A DNA stretch of 22,468 bases from positions 64,001 through 86,468 of the IMG/VR virus record IMGVR_UViG_3300042311_000626. One strand, given 5' to 3'. Every line of letters starts with the position of its first letter. Position 1 is the stretch's first letter. The translations under genes were made by a program, and so were the position numbers. The notes beneath the pieces are model-generated. The model did not search any database. It saw only the letters and a list, made by a program, of their open reading frames with translations, and was not told the DNA's origin. This DNA comes from a virus (taxonomy: Duplodnaviria > Heunggongvirae > Uroviricota > Caudoviricetes). Below, piece after piece: positions 5,927 through 14,011 of this stretch.

Positions 5927-8900
5927 TTGGAAAAAAGTCATAATTAGCGGCTCGAATGCTGCTTTAAATTCTCTTAATGTTTCAAACGGAATTACAGGTT
6001 CTTTATTTGGGACCGCTTCATTTGCCTCTAATGGAGGTGTAACTCAATTATTAGCAGGACCAAACATAACATTATCACCAACAAATGGTAAAGGTCAAGT
6101 TACAGTTTCATCAACTAGTGGTGGAGGTGGCTTTAATACAGCAACAGGATCTTACGGTAGTTTTTACGATACTACAACTCAAACTAATGTAGCAGGTACT
6201 GCTCGCTCAATGTCTTTCAATACGACAGATATTACAAATGGAGTATCAATATCAGGATCAACAAATCCTTTTAACACTTATATCAAGACTGAAAATGCAG
6301 GTGTATATGATATACAATTTTCTGCTCAAGTAGATAAAACAGATAGTGGTACAGATGAAATATGGATTTGGTTAAGAAAAAATGGAACAAATTTAACAGA
6401 TACTGCAACATCGATACAATTAGTTGGTAATGAAGCTCATTATGTAGCAGCATGGAATTTCTTTGTTAATTCAGCTGCAAATGATTATTATCAATTAATG
6501 TGGTATTCACCGGATGCTAACGTACGCTTACACGCAGAACCTGAATTTGGAGTAGTACCAGGTATTCCTTCAGTAATAGTAACAGCAAATAGAGTAGATC
6601 AATTCTTATCAAACACAGGTTCATTTACAGGCTCATTTACAGGAGTATTTACAGGTTCATTATTTGGAACATCTTCATTTGCTTCAACAGCACAAACAGC
6701 ATCATTTGTAACAGGATCAAACGTATTTGGGCCATTTGGTTCTAACAGTGTAATAAGTGCTTCTTTTGCTCAAACAGCATCATTCTTAAACAGTACAACA
6801 AATGCATTTATTCAAAACGGAAATTCATTTGGTACAACAGCATTATTAGGAACAAACGACAATCAACCACTTGCTTTAGAAACAAATGGAACAACTAGAA
6901 TGTTTATTTCTAGTAGTGGGGACGTAGGTATTGGAACGACAAGTCCAAATGGTAAGTTAGAAATTAGAGGAATTGAATCAAATACAAAAGATTTACTTTT
7001 AAATTTATCTAAATTTGCTTACGGAACAACACAATTTTATCAAAACTATTCAAATACATTTTACACTGCTGGAAAAAGTTTAGAAATTGAAGTTGAGGCT
7101 TTACCTTTATTACAATTAGCTGTTAACAATGCTGGTTCCCAAGGTAAAGTTATATTTCCAAACGGTAACGTAGGTATTGGAACAACAAGTCCTGGAGGTA
7201 AATTACATATTTCTGGTGCAGGTTCTGGCCTCGCATTAACTTTTGGTAATAGTGTTCCTAATAATCCTTTATTTATAAATACTTATGGGGATTGGAGTGG
7301 AATTGGTATGGATCAATCAAATGCTGGTCTTAGGCTTGTTGGAGATTATACTAGTGGAGCTTCATTAGTTGATATAGGATATTACTCATCAGGTACAGTA
7401 TCTCATGCTAATTGGGTTAGTAAGGTTAAAGTAATGCAGAGTGGTAACGTAGGTATTGGTACAACAAGTCCAACTTACAAATTTGAAGTAAGTGATGGTA
7501 CAAGAACAGGAGTAATAAACCCAAACTCAGGGTTAGACGCAATCTTTATAGGGGTTACTCAATCCAAACCATTAATTTTTGGAACTGGTGACACAGAAAG
7601 AATGCGTATTACTTCAGCAGGTAACGTACTAATAGGTACAACCACAGATGGTGGAAATAGGCTTGAAGTAGTTGGGACAGCAAATAATTGGGCAGGAAGC
7701 TTTACAGGAAATACAACAACTGGCCAATCTTATGGAGCAATTGTAAGAGGTGGAACAAATAGTTCAGATGTTGCTTTTAATGTAAATAACGCAGCAAATT
7801 CAACAACCTACCTTAACGTAAGAGGAGATGGTAACGTAGGAATTGGAACAACTTCGCCTGATGCTCCATTAGATATTGAGAATACAAATGCAACATCTAT
7901 AATTTACCAAAGAACAGGTGTATCTGCTAAGAAATGGGGTTTTGTTAGTGATAATAGTAATACTTATTGGAGCAATATAACTGATAACACATTACCGTTT
8001 ACATTAAGTAATAGCGGTAACGTAGGTATTGGAACAACAGGCCCTTCTCAAAAATTAGATGTAAGCGGAAGTGCTTATATTGCTGGTAATATTATTCTTC
8101 CTCAAAACCCTACAGGTACTACATATGGAAATGGTGTGTCTGCCTCTCCTCCATATATGATAAATCAAGGAGCAGGTGATAATGACGCTATACGATTCTA
8201 TGCAGAATCTGCTGCTACTAATCAGGTAAGTATGGTATTTGAGGTAAACGATGATATAGAAACTGCCGGTAGTGAATGGATATGGAGAAATAAAAAAACT
8301 TATGGAGGCTATGAAGCTACTACTCCTATGCGCCTTAGTGGGGCAGGTGAATTAGAGGTTTCAAAAATTGTAGCTACATCAATAACAGGTTCTTTATTAG
8401 GGACAGCATCATTTGCTCAAACAGCATCATTCTTAAACAGTACAACAAACGCCTTTATACAAAACGGAAATTCATTTGGAACAACAGCATTATTAGGAAC
8501 AAATGATAATCAACCACTTGCTTTAGAGACTAATGGAACAACTAGAATGTTTATTTCTAGTAGTGGTGACGTAGGTATTGGAACGACAAGTTCATTAGGG
8601 CCATTAGAGGTATATAGAGGAAATTCTGGCGGATTAGGTGGACATATTATTGTAAATAATAATGGATTAGCAATTGGTAGTTCAACCGCTTTAATGTTTG
8701 GAGATGGTCCTATAAACGGTATTCGTGGTGCAATTTCAACAACTACAGAAGACTCTCCGTACTATGGGCAGATGGACTTTAAGACAGGTGCTGATATTTA
8801 TAGTAATTTGTTTACAAGAATGACTATAAAAGGAAACGGTAACGTAGGTATTGGAACAACAAGTCCATCTTATAAATTAGATGTTTTAGGAGATATTGGA

Positions 8901-10502
8901 GCTTATGCAAATGGAGACAACAACGGATTTATTGGTACGGCAGGAGGTACGCATATACTTTCTCTAACAAGGTCTACAAATAATGCAAAATTAGCAGGAT
9001 ATGATGGAGTTATTTTTTATACAAATGCAACTACATTAGCAGGAGGTAGTGAAAGAATGCGAATCACTTCAGCAGGTGATGTAGGAATTGGAACAACAAG
9101 TCCTAACAGGCTATTAACAGTAGCTGGAACAACATCAGGATTAATAGCTCTAAATGCTTCAAGTTATAGAAATACAACAATAGGTTCGGATTCTGTAGGT
9201 AATTTTATTGTATATGATGATACTGCATCTTCATATAGAATGGTGATTAATTCATCAGGTAACGTAGGTATTGGAACGACAACACCGCAAAGAAAACTAG
9301 ACGTAATATCAGGAGCTAATAATTTTGTTTCTGTGGGGATAGATGCTGTAGCAGTTGGACAATGGGCTGGTCTTCATTTTGGATATGCAGAAGGTGCTAA
9401 TAACTTGTATAGAAAATCTGCAATAGTCTTTGAAAGAACAGATTTAACATCAAATAACGCTCAAGGAAAAGTACACATATTAAACGGGCCTCAAGGAAAT
9501 GCAGATAGTGCTACTTTAGCTGATTCTAAGTTAACAATTGCAGAAAACGGCAACGTTGGTATTGGAACAACAAATCCATTATATAAATTAGATGTTAATG
9601 GCACTGGAAGATTTTCAAGCGATCTATTAACAAATGCTAGATTTGGTGTTGGTAGTACAAATATAAACTCTAGAGTGTTTGCATCTGCTTTTTCAGGGGA
9701 ACTTGCAACCGCTATCTTTACAACATTTGATAGTGCTCAAGGTACACAAGAAGCGGCTAGATTTTCAACATCTGACCTTACTACTGGAGCTGTAAGAATT
9801 TACCCTCGTGTTGGGGTAGCAAATTTTAATGGAATAACTGTAGCAGATAGTGCAGTTATAGTTAATGCTACAACTAAACCAATACTTTTAGGAGTACAGG
9901 ATGGTTCAGCTGTTCAATTTACAGAAACAGATATTCGCATTGGAACTAATAATTCAGAAAAAATGCGTATCACTTCATCTGGAAATGTAGGTATTGGAAT
10001 ATCAACACCTACCTTAGGAACTTTACAAGTAAATGGAAATGTATTTGCAACTTCATTTACAGGTTCTTTACAAGTAACTAGTAGTCTTTCTTATAATAGC
10101 TCATTATCTACTTCTAACGTAAATGGAGAAATAGCATATTGGGGAGGAGGAACAGTAGCAGCAGGAACACTATACTATTATGATTCATCAGGAAACTGGA
10201 CAGCAGCAGATGCTGATGCTGAATCTACATCAACAGGAATGTTAGGAATAGCATTAGCAGCAGGAACAGCTTCAACAGTAGGAATACTATTAAGAGGACA
10301 TGCTAGATTTACAGGAGTATCAAGTTTTACAGGAACTACTACAGTAGGAGCAAAATTATATGTATCGACAACAGCCGGAGCATTTTCACAAACAGCACCA
10401 ACAGGTACAGGAGATGTCGTTAGAATAATAGGATATGTACAAAGTACAGCAAATGATCAAATTTATTTCTGCCCAGATACAACTTGGGTTACATTATTAT
10501 AA
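5919..10502 (+). CDS. Long modular fibre protein (1527 aa, TTG start): shared N-terminus, C1q/BclA-like jelly-roll, 12 GNVGIGTT-type repeat units, C-terminal capsid-cement/decoration-like domain
   Basis: TTG CCT AGT TGG AAA AAA gives MPSWKKV. G(N/D)V(G/L)IG(T/I)(T/S) recurs 12 times between ~6918 and ~9995. C1q-like segment at 6153-6596; ADAD...GMLGIA...YVSTTAG...TAP..G..VR.IG at 10122-10499. Confidence 0.85.
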   Translation: MPSWKKVIISGSNAALNSLNVSNGITGSLFGTASFASNGGVTQLLAGPNITLSPTNGKGQVTVSSTSGGGGFNTATGSYGSFYDTTTQTNVAGTARSMSFNTTDITNGVSISGSTNPFNTYIKTENAGVYDIQFSAQVDKTDSGTDEIWIWLRKNGTNLTDTATSIQLVGNEAHYVAAWNFFVNSAANDYYQLMWYSPDANVRLHAEPEFGVVPGIPSVIVTANRVDQFLSNTGSFTGSFTGVFTGSLFGTSSFASTAQTASFVTGSNVFGPFGSNSVISASFAQTASFLNSTTNAFIQNGNSFGTTALLGTNDNQPLALETNGTTRMFISSSGDVGIGTTSPNGKLEIRGIESNTKDLLLNLSKFAYGTTQFYQNYSNTFYTAGKSLEIEVEALPLLQLAVNNAGSQGKVIFPNGNVGIGTTSPGGKLHISGAGSGLALTFGNSVPNNPLFINTYGDWSGIGMDQSNAGLRLVGDYTSGASLVDIGYYSSGTVSHANWVSKVKVMQSGNVGIGTTSPTYKFEVSDGTRTGVINPNSGLDAIFIGVTQSKPLIFGTGDTERMRITSAGNVLIGTTTDGGNRLEVVGTANNWAGSFTGNTTTGQSYGAIVRGGTNSSDVAFNVNNAANSTTYLNVRGDGNVGIGTTSPDAPLDIENTNATSIIYQRTGVSAKKWGFVSDNSNTYWSNITDNTLPFTLSNSGNVGIGTTGPSQKLDVSGSAYIAGNIILPQNPTGTTYGNGVSASPPYMINQGAGDNDAIRFYAESAATNQVSMVFEVNDDIETAGSEWIWRNKKTYGGYEATTPMRLSGAGELEVSKIVATSITGSLLGTASFAQTASFLNSTTNAFIQNGNSFGTTALLGTNDNQPLALETNGTTRMFISSSGDVGIGTTSSLGPLEVYRGNSGGLGGHIIVNNNGLAIGSSTALMFGDGPINGIRGAISTTTEDSPYYGQMDFKTGADIYSNLFTRMTIKGNGNVGIGTTSPSYKLDVLGDIGAYANGDNNGFIGTAGGTHILSLTRSTNNAKLAGYDGVIFYTNATTLAGGSERMRITSAGDVGIGTTSPNRLLTVAGTTSGLIALNASSYRNTTIGSDSVGNFIVYDDTASSYRMVINSSGNVGIGTTTPQRKLDVISGANNFVSVGIDAVAVGQWAGLHFGYAEGANNLYRKSAIVFERTDLTSNNAQGKVHILNGPQGNADSATLADSKLTIAENGNVGIGTTNPLYKLDVNGTGRFSSDLLTNARFGVGSTNINSRVFASAFSGELATAIFTTFDSAQGTQEAARFSTSDLTTGAVRIYPRVGVANFNGITVADSAVIVNATTKPILLGVQDGSAVQFTETDIRIGTNNSEKMRITSSGNVGIGISTPTLGTLQVNGNVFATSFTGSLQVTSSLSYNSSLSTSNVNGEIAYWGGGTVAAGTLYYYDSSGNWTAADADAESTSTGMLGIALAAGTASTVGILLRGHARFTGVSSFTGTTTVGAKLYVSTTAGAFSQTAPTGTGDVVRIIGYVQSTANDQIYFCPDTTWVTLL
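6759..6944 (+). repeat. 186-nt direct repeat, copy 1 (62 codons)
   Basis: Encodes ASFAQTASF...GDVGIGTTS, identical in protein to 8406-8591. 11 synonymous differences by manual codon comparison. Confidence 0.95.
8406..8591 (+). repeat. 186-nt direct repeat, copy 2
   Basis: Manual alignment to 6759-6944: 175/186 nt identical, 62/62 aa identical. Confidence 0.95.
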
Positions 10503-10503
10503 T

Positions 10504-11100
10504 ATGGCATATATAGAAAAAGAATTAGTATTTCAAGAAAGTAAAATATACTTCGCAGACGCTACATCACCTACTGGAGAGAAAGCAGTAATGATGGATT
10601 GGGAAGATCCTATCATGTATGCTTCGGCACAGTACGTAGCAGAGAATGGAGGAAATATTCTAGAGATAGGATATGGTATGGGAATATCAGCAAATTACAT
10701 ACAATCATTCAGACCTACCTCTCATACAGTAGTTGAAATACATCCTGAAATAGCTAGTCAAGCAAGAAGATGGTCAAAGGGAGGAGAAGGAATAACAGTT
10801 TTAGAAGGAGATTGGTATAAGATAAAAAGTCAAATAGAAGAAAGAGGTCCTTATGATGGAATCTTTTACGATGCTTATGGAGATGACAATGAAAAAAAAA
10901 TAGTAGATTTTTGTATATCGATATTAAATAAAGGAGGAAGATTTACCTTATGGAATCCGCTACCTTACCCATTCACAGGTCAGAGGAAAGTTGAAAACGA
11001 ACAACTTACCTACGATATTATAGACCTATCAGGAATAAATGTACCAGATAACGATTACTTTAAACACGACGTTTACTACTTACCAAAAATACAGTTCTAA
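10504..11100 (+). CDS. Class I SAM-dependent methyltransferase, GAMT/RMT2 (guanidino N-methyltransferase) family
   Basis: VMMDWEDPIM...GGNILEIGYGMGISA..IQ...HTVVEIHPE...GDW...YDGIFYDAY matches the GAMT pattern (WETP, GGRVLEVGFGM, FDGILYDTY) and RMT2. Start moved to ATG 10504, since 10435 overlaps the fibre gene. Confidence 0.82.
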   Translation: MAYIEKELVFQESKIYFADATSPTGEKAVMMDWEDPIMYASAQYVAENGGNILEIGYGMGISANYIQSFRPTSHTVVEIHPEIASQARRWSKGGEGITVLEGDWYKIKSQIEERGPYDGIFYDAYGDDNEKKIVDFCISILNKGGRFTLWNPLPYPFTGQRKVENEQLTYDIIDLSGINVPDNDYFKHDVYYLPKIQF

Positions 11101-11786
11101 TGCCAACAATAAATACAGCAACAAGTCAAGGAGGATACCTTATTCTGAATGCCGCCGCTTCTTTTAACATATGGGAAGACCTTATTTTAAATACTACAAA
11201 TGCCGGTACTAATGTTACAAGTCCTTCTACTATATTTTCATTAACCGGATATACATCAGCTAGAGGAGGAACATGGTTTAGTAGGAGAGGGTATTTAACA
11301 TTTGACACATCTACAATCCCAGGAGCACTTACAGCTCTCTCGCTAAACATATATGTTGAAGCTGTATCAAATTTCCCAGATGCAATTATACAGTCCACAC
11401 CTTCTCCTAATACATCAACAGTTTTAGCTACTTCAGACTGGCAGTATGTAGACGAACAAGTTTTTTCAGATCCCTTTAGTCCTTCAGTAGGTTGGATGAA
11501 TATAGAGTTAAATGCAGCTGCAGTAACTACTGCTCAGGATGAAAATTATATCAATTTTGTGGTAAGAGACAATTACTACGACTACGACTATCTTAACAAC
11601 CTAACAGACCCAACTGTAGTAGTTTCTACAGAATATAGATATAACTACGCTAGTTTTATTCCATATCTAGATTATACAAGTTATGAATATGGACAAACAG
11701 TAAACGGAATAATTGCTGCCAATATGGCTAATGTAGACGGAGTACCAAAATTATATATAACTAGAGTATTAGGAGTATTCAATTAA
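11100..11786 (+). CDS. Hypothetical beta-rich virion-associated protein
   Basis: TAATG-coupled to the methyltransferase. R.YLTFDTS.IP...TALSL.IY is a jelly-roll-like pattern; the C-terminal TVNGI..ANMANVDGV motif is of a type seen in phage fibre loci. Confidence 0.55.
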   Translation: MPTINTATSQGGYLILNAAASFNIWEDLILNTTNAGTNVTSPSTIFSLTGYTSARGGTWFSRRGYLTFDTSTIPGALTALSLNIYVEAVSNFPDAIIQSTPSPNTSTVLATSDWQYVDEQVFSDPFSPSVGWMNIELNAAAVTTAQDENYINFVVRDNYYDYDYLNNLTDPTVVVSTEYRYNYASFIPYLDYTSYEYGQTVNGIIAANMANVDGVPKLYITRVLGVFN

Positions 11787-11809
11787 AAATAAAATTAAAA
11801 CTAAATATT

Positions 11810-12130
11810 ATGATAAATTACACATGGACATTTCCCGCTTTCGATTGCGTAATCGATGAAGACGGACTACAAACAGTAGTAACAACAGTACATTGGATAC
11901 TAACAGGTACTGATGAAGACAACATATCAGCAACTATATATGGTGCTCAATCTGTTGGACAACCAAACCCAGAAGCATTTACACCATTTCCAGATATATC
12001 AGAAGAACAAGTAATAGGATGGATGGAAAGCAGTATGGATGTAGATGCTTTAGAAGTAAATATAGCAACTCAAATTGATTTAATTAAAAACCCAGTAACA
12101 GAAGTATTACCAGCTCCTTGGAGCAATTAA
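11810..12130 (+). CDS. Conserved acidic phage protein typical of fibre loci (possible assembly chaperone)
   Basis: YTW.....D......L..VV..VHW..TGTD...F.PF.D.SEEQVIGW...LP.PW pattern, which I recognise from small genes following phage fibres. Confidence 0.6.
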   Translation: MINYTWTFPAFDCVIDEDGLQTVVTTVHWILTGTDEDNISATIYGAQSVGQPNPEAFTPFPDISEEQVIGWMESSMDVDALEVNIATQIDLIKNPVTEVLPAPWSN

Positions 12131-12141
12131 AATTAAATAAT

Positions 12142-12444
12142 ATGATACAAAAAATTCAACAAATACAACCTACCCAGGTAGGTAATAAAACAGCAGATCA
12201 GATTGTAGTAAATCTTAACACATCTGCTATGACTGAAACTCAATGTGAAATGTTTTGTTATTTAGTAGATACAACACAAACAACAAATTATGTATCTAAA
12301 AATAATACAAATGAAACTTTACCTTATACACTTTTAAAAGGTAATAAACATATACTTACAGGGAATGATCTTGATTTAGTAAAACAAGATGAAAACAATG
12401 CTTTAAACATAGCTGCCAATATATTAAATGCAACTTTAATTTAA
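12142..12444 (+). CDS. Hypothetical protein (100 aa)
   Basis: ATG 12142 follows an A-rich leader (12118 overlaps the upstream gene); TAA stop. Confidence 0.6.
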   Translation: MIQKIQQIQPTQVGNKTADQIVVNLNTSAMTETQCEMFCYLVDTTQTTNYVSKNNTNETLPYTLLKGNKHILTGNDLDLVKQDENNALNIAANILNATLI

Positions 12445-12471
12445 TATACGCCTAGAAATAAGCATATTGTA

Positions 12472-12480
12472 ATATTTATA
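12472..12480 (+). promoter_or_regulatory. ATATTTATA motif, putative late promoter element
   Basis: Intergenic, 19 nt before ATG 12500. Confidence 0.6.
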
Positions 12481-12499
12481 CCCAACAATATGTAAAAAA

Positions 12500-13672
12500 A
12501 TGGCAGACATCCCAGTATATAATGGTTCATCTCAATTCTTTCCAGGAGATACAGCCTTTGGTTTCTACGATTATCAATATGATTTTCAAATAGATGCTGA
12601 TAAGATTGTAACTTTTGTTACTCAACGTTTAGGATGGCCTATAGAAGTAGTTGAATTACAACCAATTCAAATATATACTGCTTTTGAAGAAGCAGTTACT
12701 GTGTATGGAAATGAAGTTTATCAATTTCAAATTAGAGAAAACATGCTTTCTCTTGAAGGAAACCAAACAGGTTCAGTTCCTTACAACCAACTATTATTAA
12801 CTCCTTCATTAGGAGGTGCTATTCGTATAGCAGAAAATTATGCTGAAGAAGCAGGAGTAGGGGGTAATGTAACTTGGTATAGTGGTTCTATTCTATTAGA
12901 AGGAGGTGTCCAAGAATACGACTTAAATAAGTGGGCACGCGAATCAGCTTCGCTAGCTTCTGGCGATTACATTGAAGTTAAACGCGTATTCTTTGAAGCG
13001 CCGCCAGCTGCGTTAAGATACTTTGACCCGTACGTAGGTATCGGTTATAGTTACGAAGGATTGCTAAATAGTTTTGGTTTTGGAGCATATTCTCCTGCTA
13101 TTACATTCTTATTAATGCCGTTGTTTTTTGACTTACAACGTATTCAAGCTATTAAATTAAACGATCAAATTAGAAGAGCACAATTTTCATTTGAAATCCA
13201 CAATAACCAATTAAAAATATTCCCAGTCCCATTACAAAAATATCCACTTTGGTTCCAATATATTAAAGGATCTGAAAGAGATAGCGCTATAGGTGGACGA
13301 AACTCTGAAGGTGTTCCACAAACTAATTTAATTACTAATACATCTAATGTACCTTATACAAATCCTAACTACAATTATATAAATTCTGTAGGAAGAATGT
13401 GGGTTTATCAATATACTTTAGCACTTTGTAGAGAAGTTTTAGGATATGTTCGAGGAAAATATTCAACTGTACCTATTCCTGGTTCAGAAGTAACATTAAA
13501 TCAAAATGATTTATTGACAGATGCTAGAAGTCAAAAAGAATCATTACTAGCTCAATTAAGAGAAACATTAGATCAAACAGGAAGACAAAAACAATTAGAA
13601 AAACTAGCAGCTAATTCTGAGAATTTATTAAAAGTTTTAAACGACGTTCCTATGGGACTATATATATTTTAA
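12500..13672 (+). CDS. gp13: Neck/head-tail adaptor protein, T4 gp13-like
   Basis: RLGWPIEVVELQPIQIYTAFEEAV parallels gp13 RLG.PIINVEL...Q. WVYQYTLAL..E.LG..R.KY...PIPG..VTLN...L..DA..QKE.L..QL parallels the gp13 C-terminus. Confidence 0.82.
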   Translation: MADIPVYNGSSQFFPGDTAFGFYDYQYDFQIDADKIVTFVTQRLGWPIEVVELQPIQIYTAFEEAVTVYGNEVYQFQIRENMLSLEGNQTGSVPYNQLLLTPSLGGAIRIAENYAEEAGVGGNVTWYSGSILLEGGVQEYDLNKWARESASLASGDYIEVKRVFFEAPPAALRYFDPYVGIGYSYEGLLNSFGFGAYSPAITFLLMPLFFDLQRIQAIKLNDQIRRAQFSFEIHNNQLKIFPVPLQKYPLWFQYIKGSERDSAIGGRNSEGVPQTNLITNTSNVPYTNPNYNYINSVGRMWVYQYTLALCREVLGYVRGKYSTVPIPGSEVTLNQNDLLTDARSQKESLLAQLRETLDQTGRQKQLEKLAANSENLLKVLNDVPMGLYIF

Positions 13673-13673
13673 C

Positions 13674-14006
13674 ATGGTATCTTTAGAAAAATTATTAAGT
13701 GAAGCAACATTTGAAACATTCTTCGTTCAAGTAATTATTAAAATGAAGAATGATTTTAATTTTACTGAAATTTATAATCAAGTTAGAGGTATAAGAGATG
13801 TAATTGTTGTTAAAGTAATCGATAATGAACAATTAAATGCCGCTTCTAATGATTTGTATAATTATTCTTTATTAGAAATAAAATACATTTCTGAAGGAAA
13901 TGCAGTTGAAACGGCAAAAGGCATCAAATCAGAAGCTCTTAAAATACCAGGATTGGTAAAATTTGAGGTTAGAACAAAAACAATATTAAAAATTAGAAAT
14001 TACTAA
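13674..14006 (+). CDS. Hypothetical protein (110 aa)
   Basis: Tightly packed ORF (1 nt after the gp13 stop). LEKLLSE N-terminus; alternating beta-alpha pattern that may be ferredoxin-like. Confidence 0.65.
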   Translation: MVSLEKLLSEATFETFFVQVIIKMKNDFNFTEIYNQVRGIRDVIVVKVIDNEQLNAASNDLYNYSLLEIKYISEGNAVETAKGIKSEALKIPGLVKFEVRTKTILKIRNY

Positions 14007-14011
14007 CAACA

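Noticed and set aside
6759-8591. Diversity-generating retroelement TR/VR pair
   Set aside because: Differences are all synonymous and not adenine-specific, both copies are in-frame within one gene, and there is no reverse transcriptase in the window.
8794-8802. ATATTTATA copy inside the fibre gene as an internal promoter
   Set aside because: No gene start lies at the characteristic spacing, and an occasional copy is expected by chance in AT-rich DNA.
11126-11398. Minus-strand 90-aa ORF
   Set aside because: Fully antisense to 11100..11786, with no recognisable features.
10435-12141. Longer ORF-track starts at 10435 and 12118 (likewise 4565)
   Set aside because: They overlap upstream genes. 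The downstream ATGs (10504, 12142, 4598) have the A-rich context typical of this genome.
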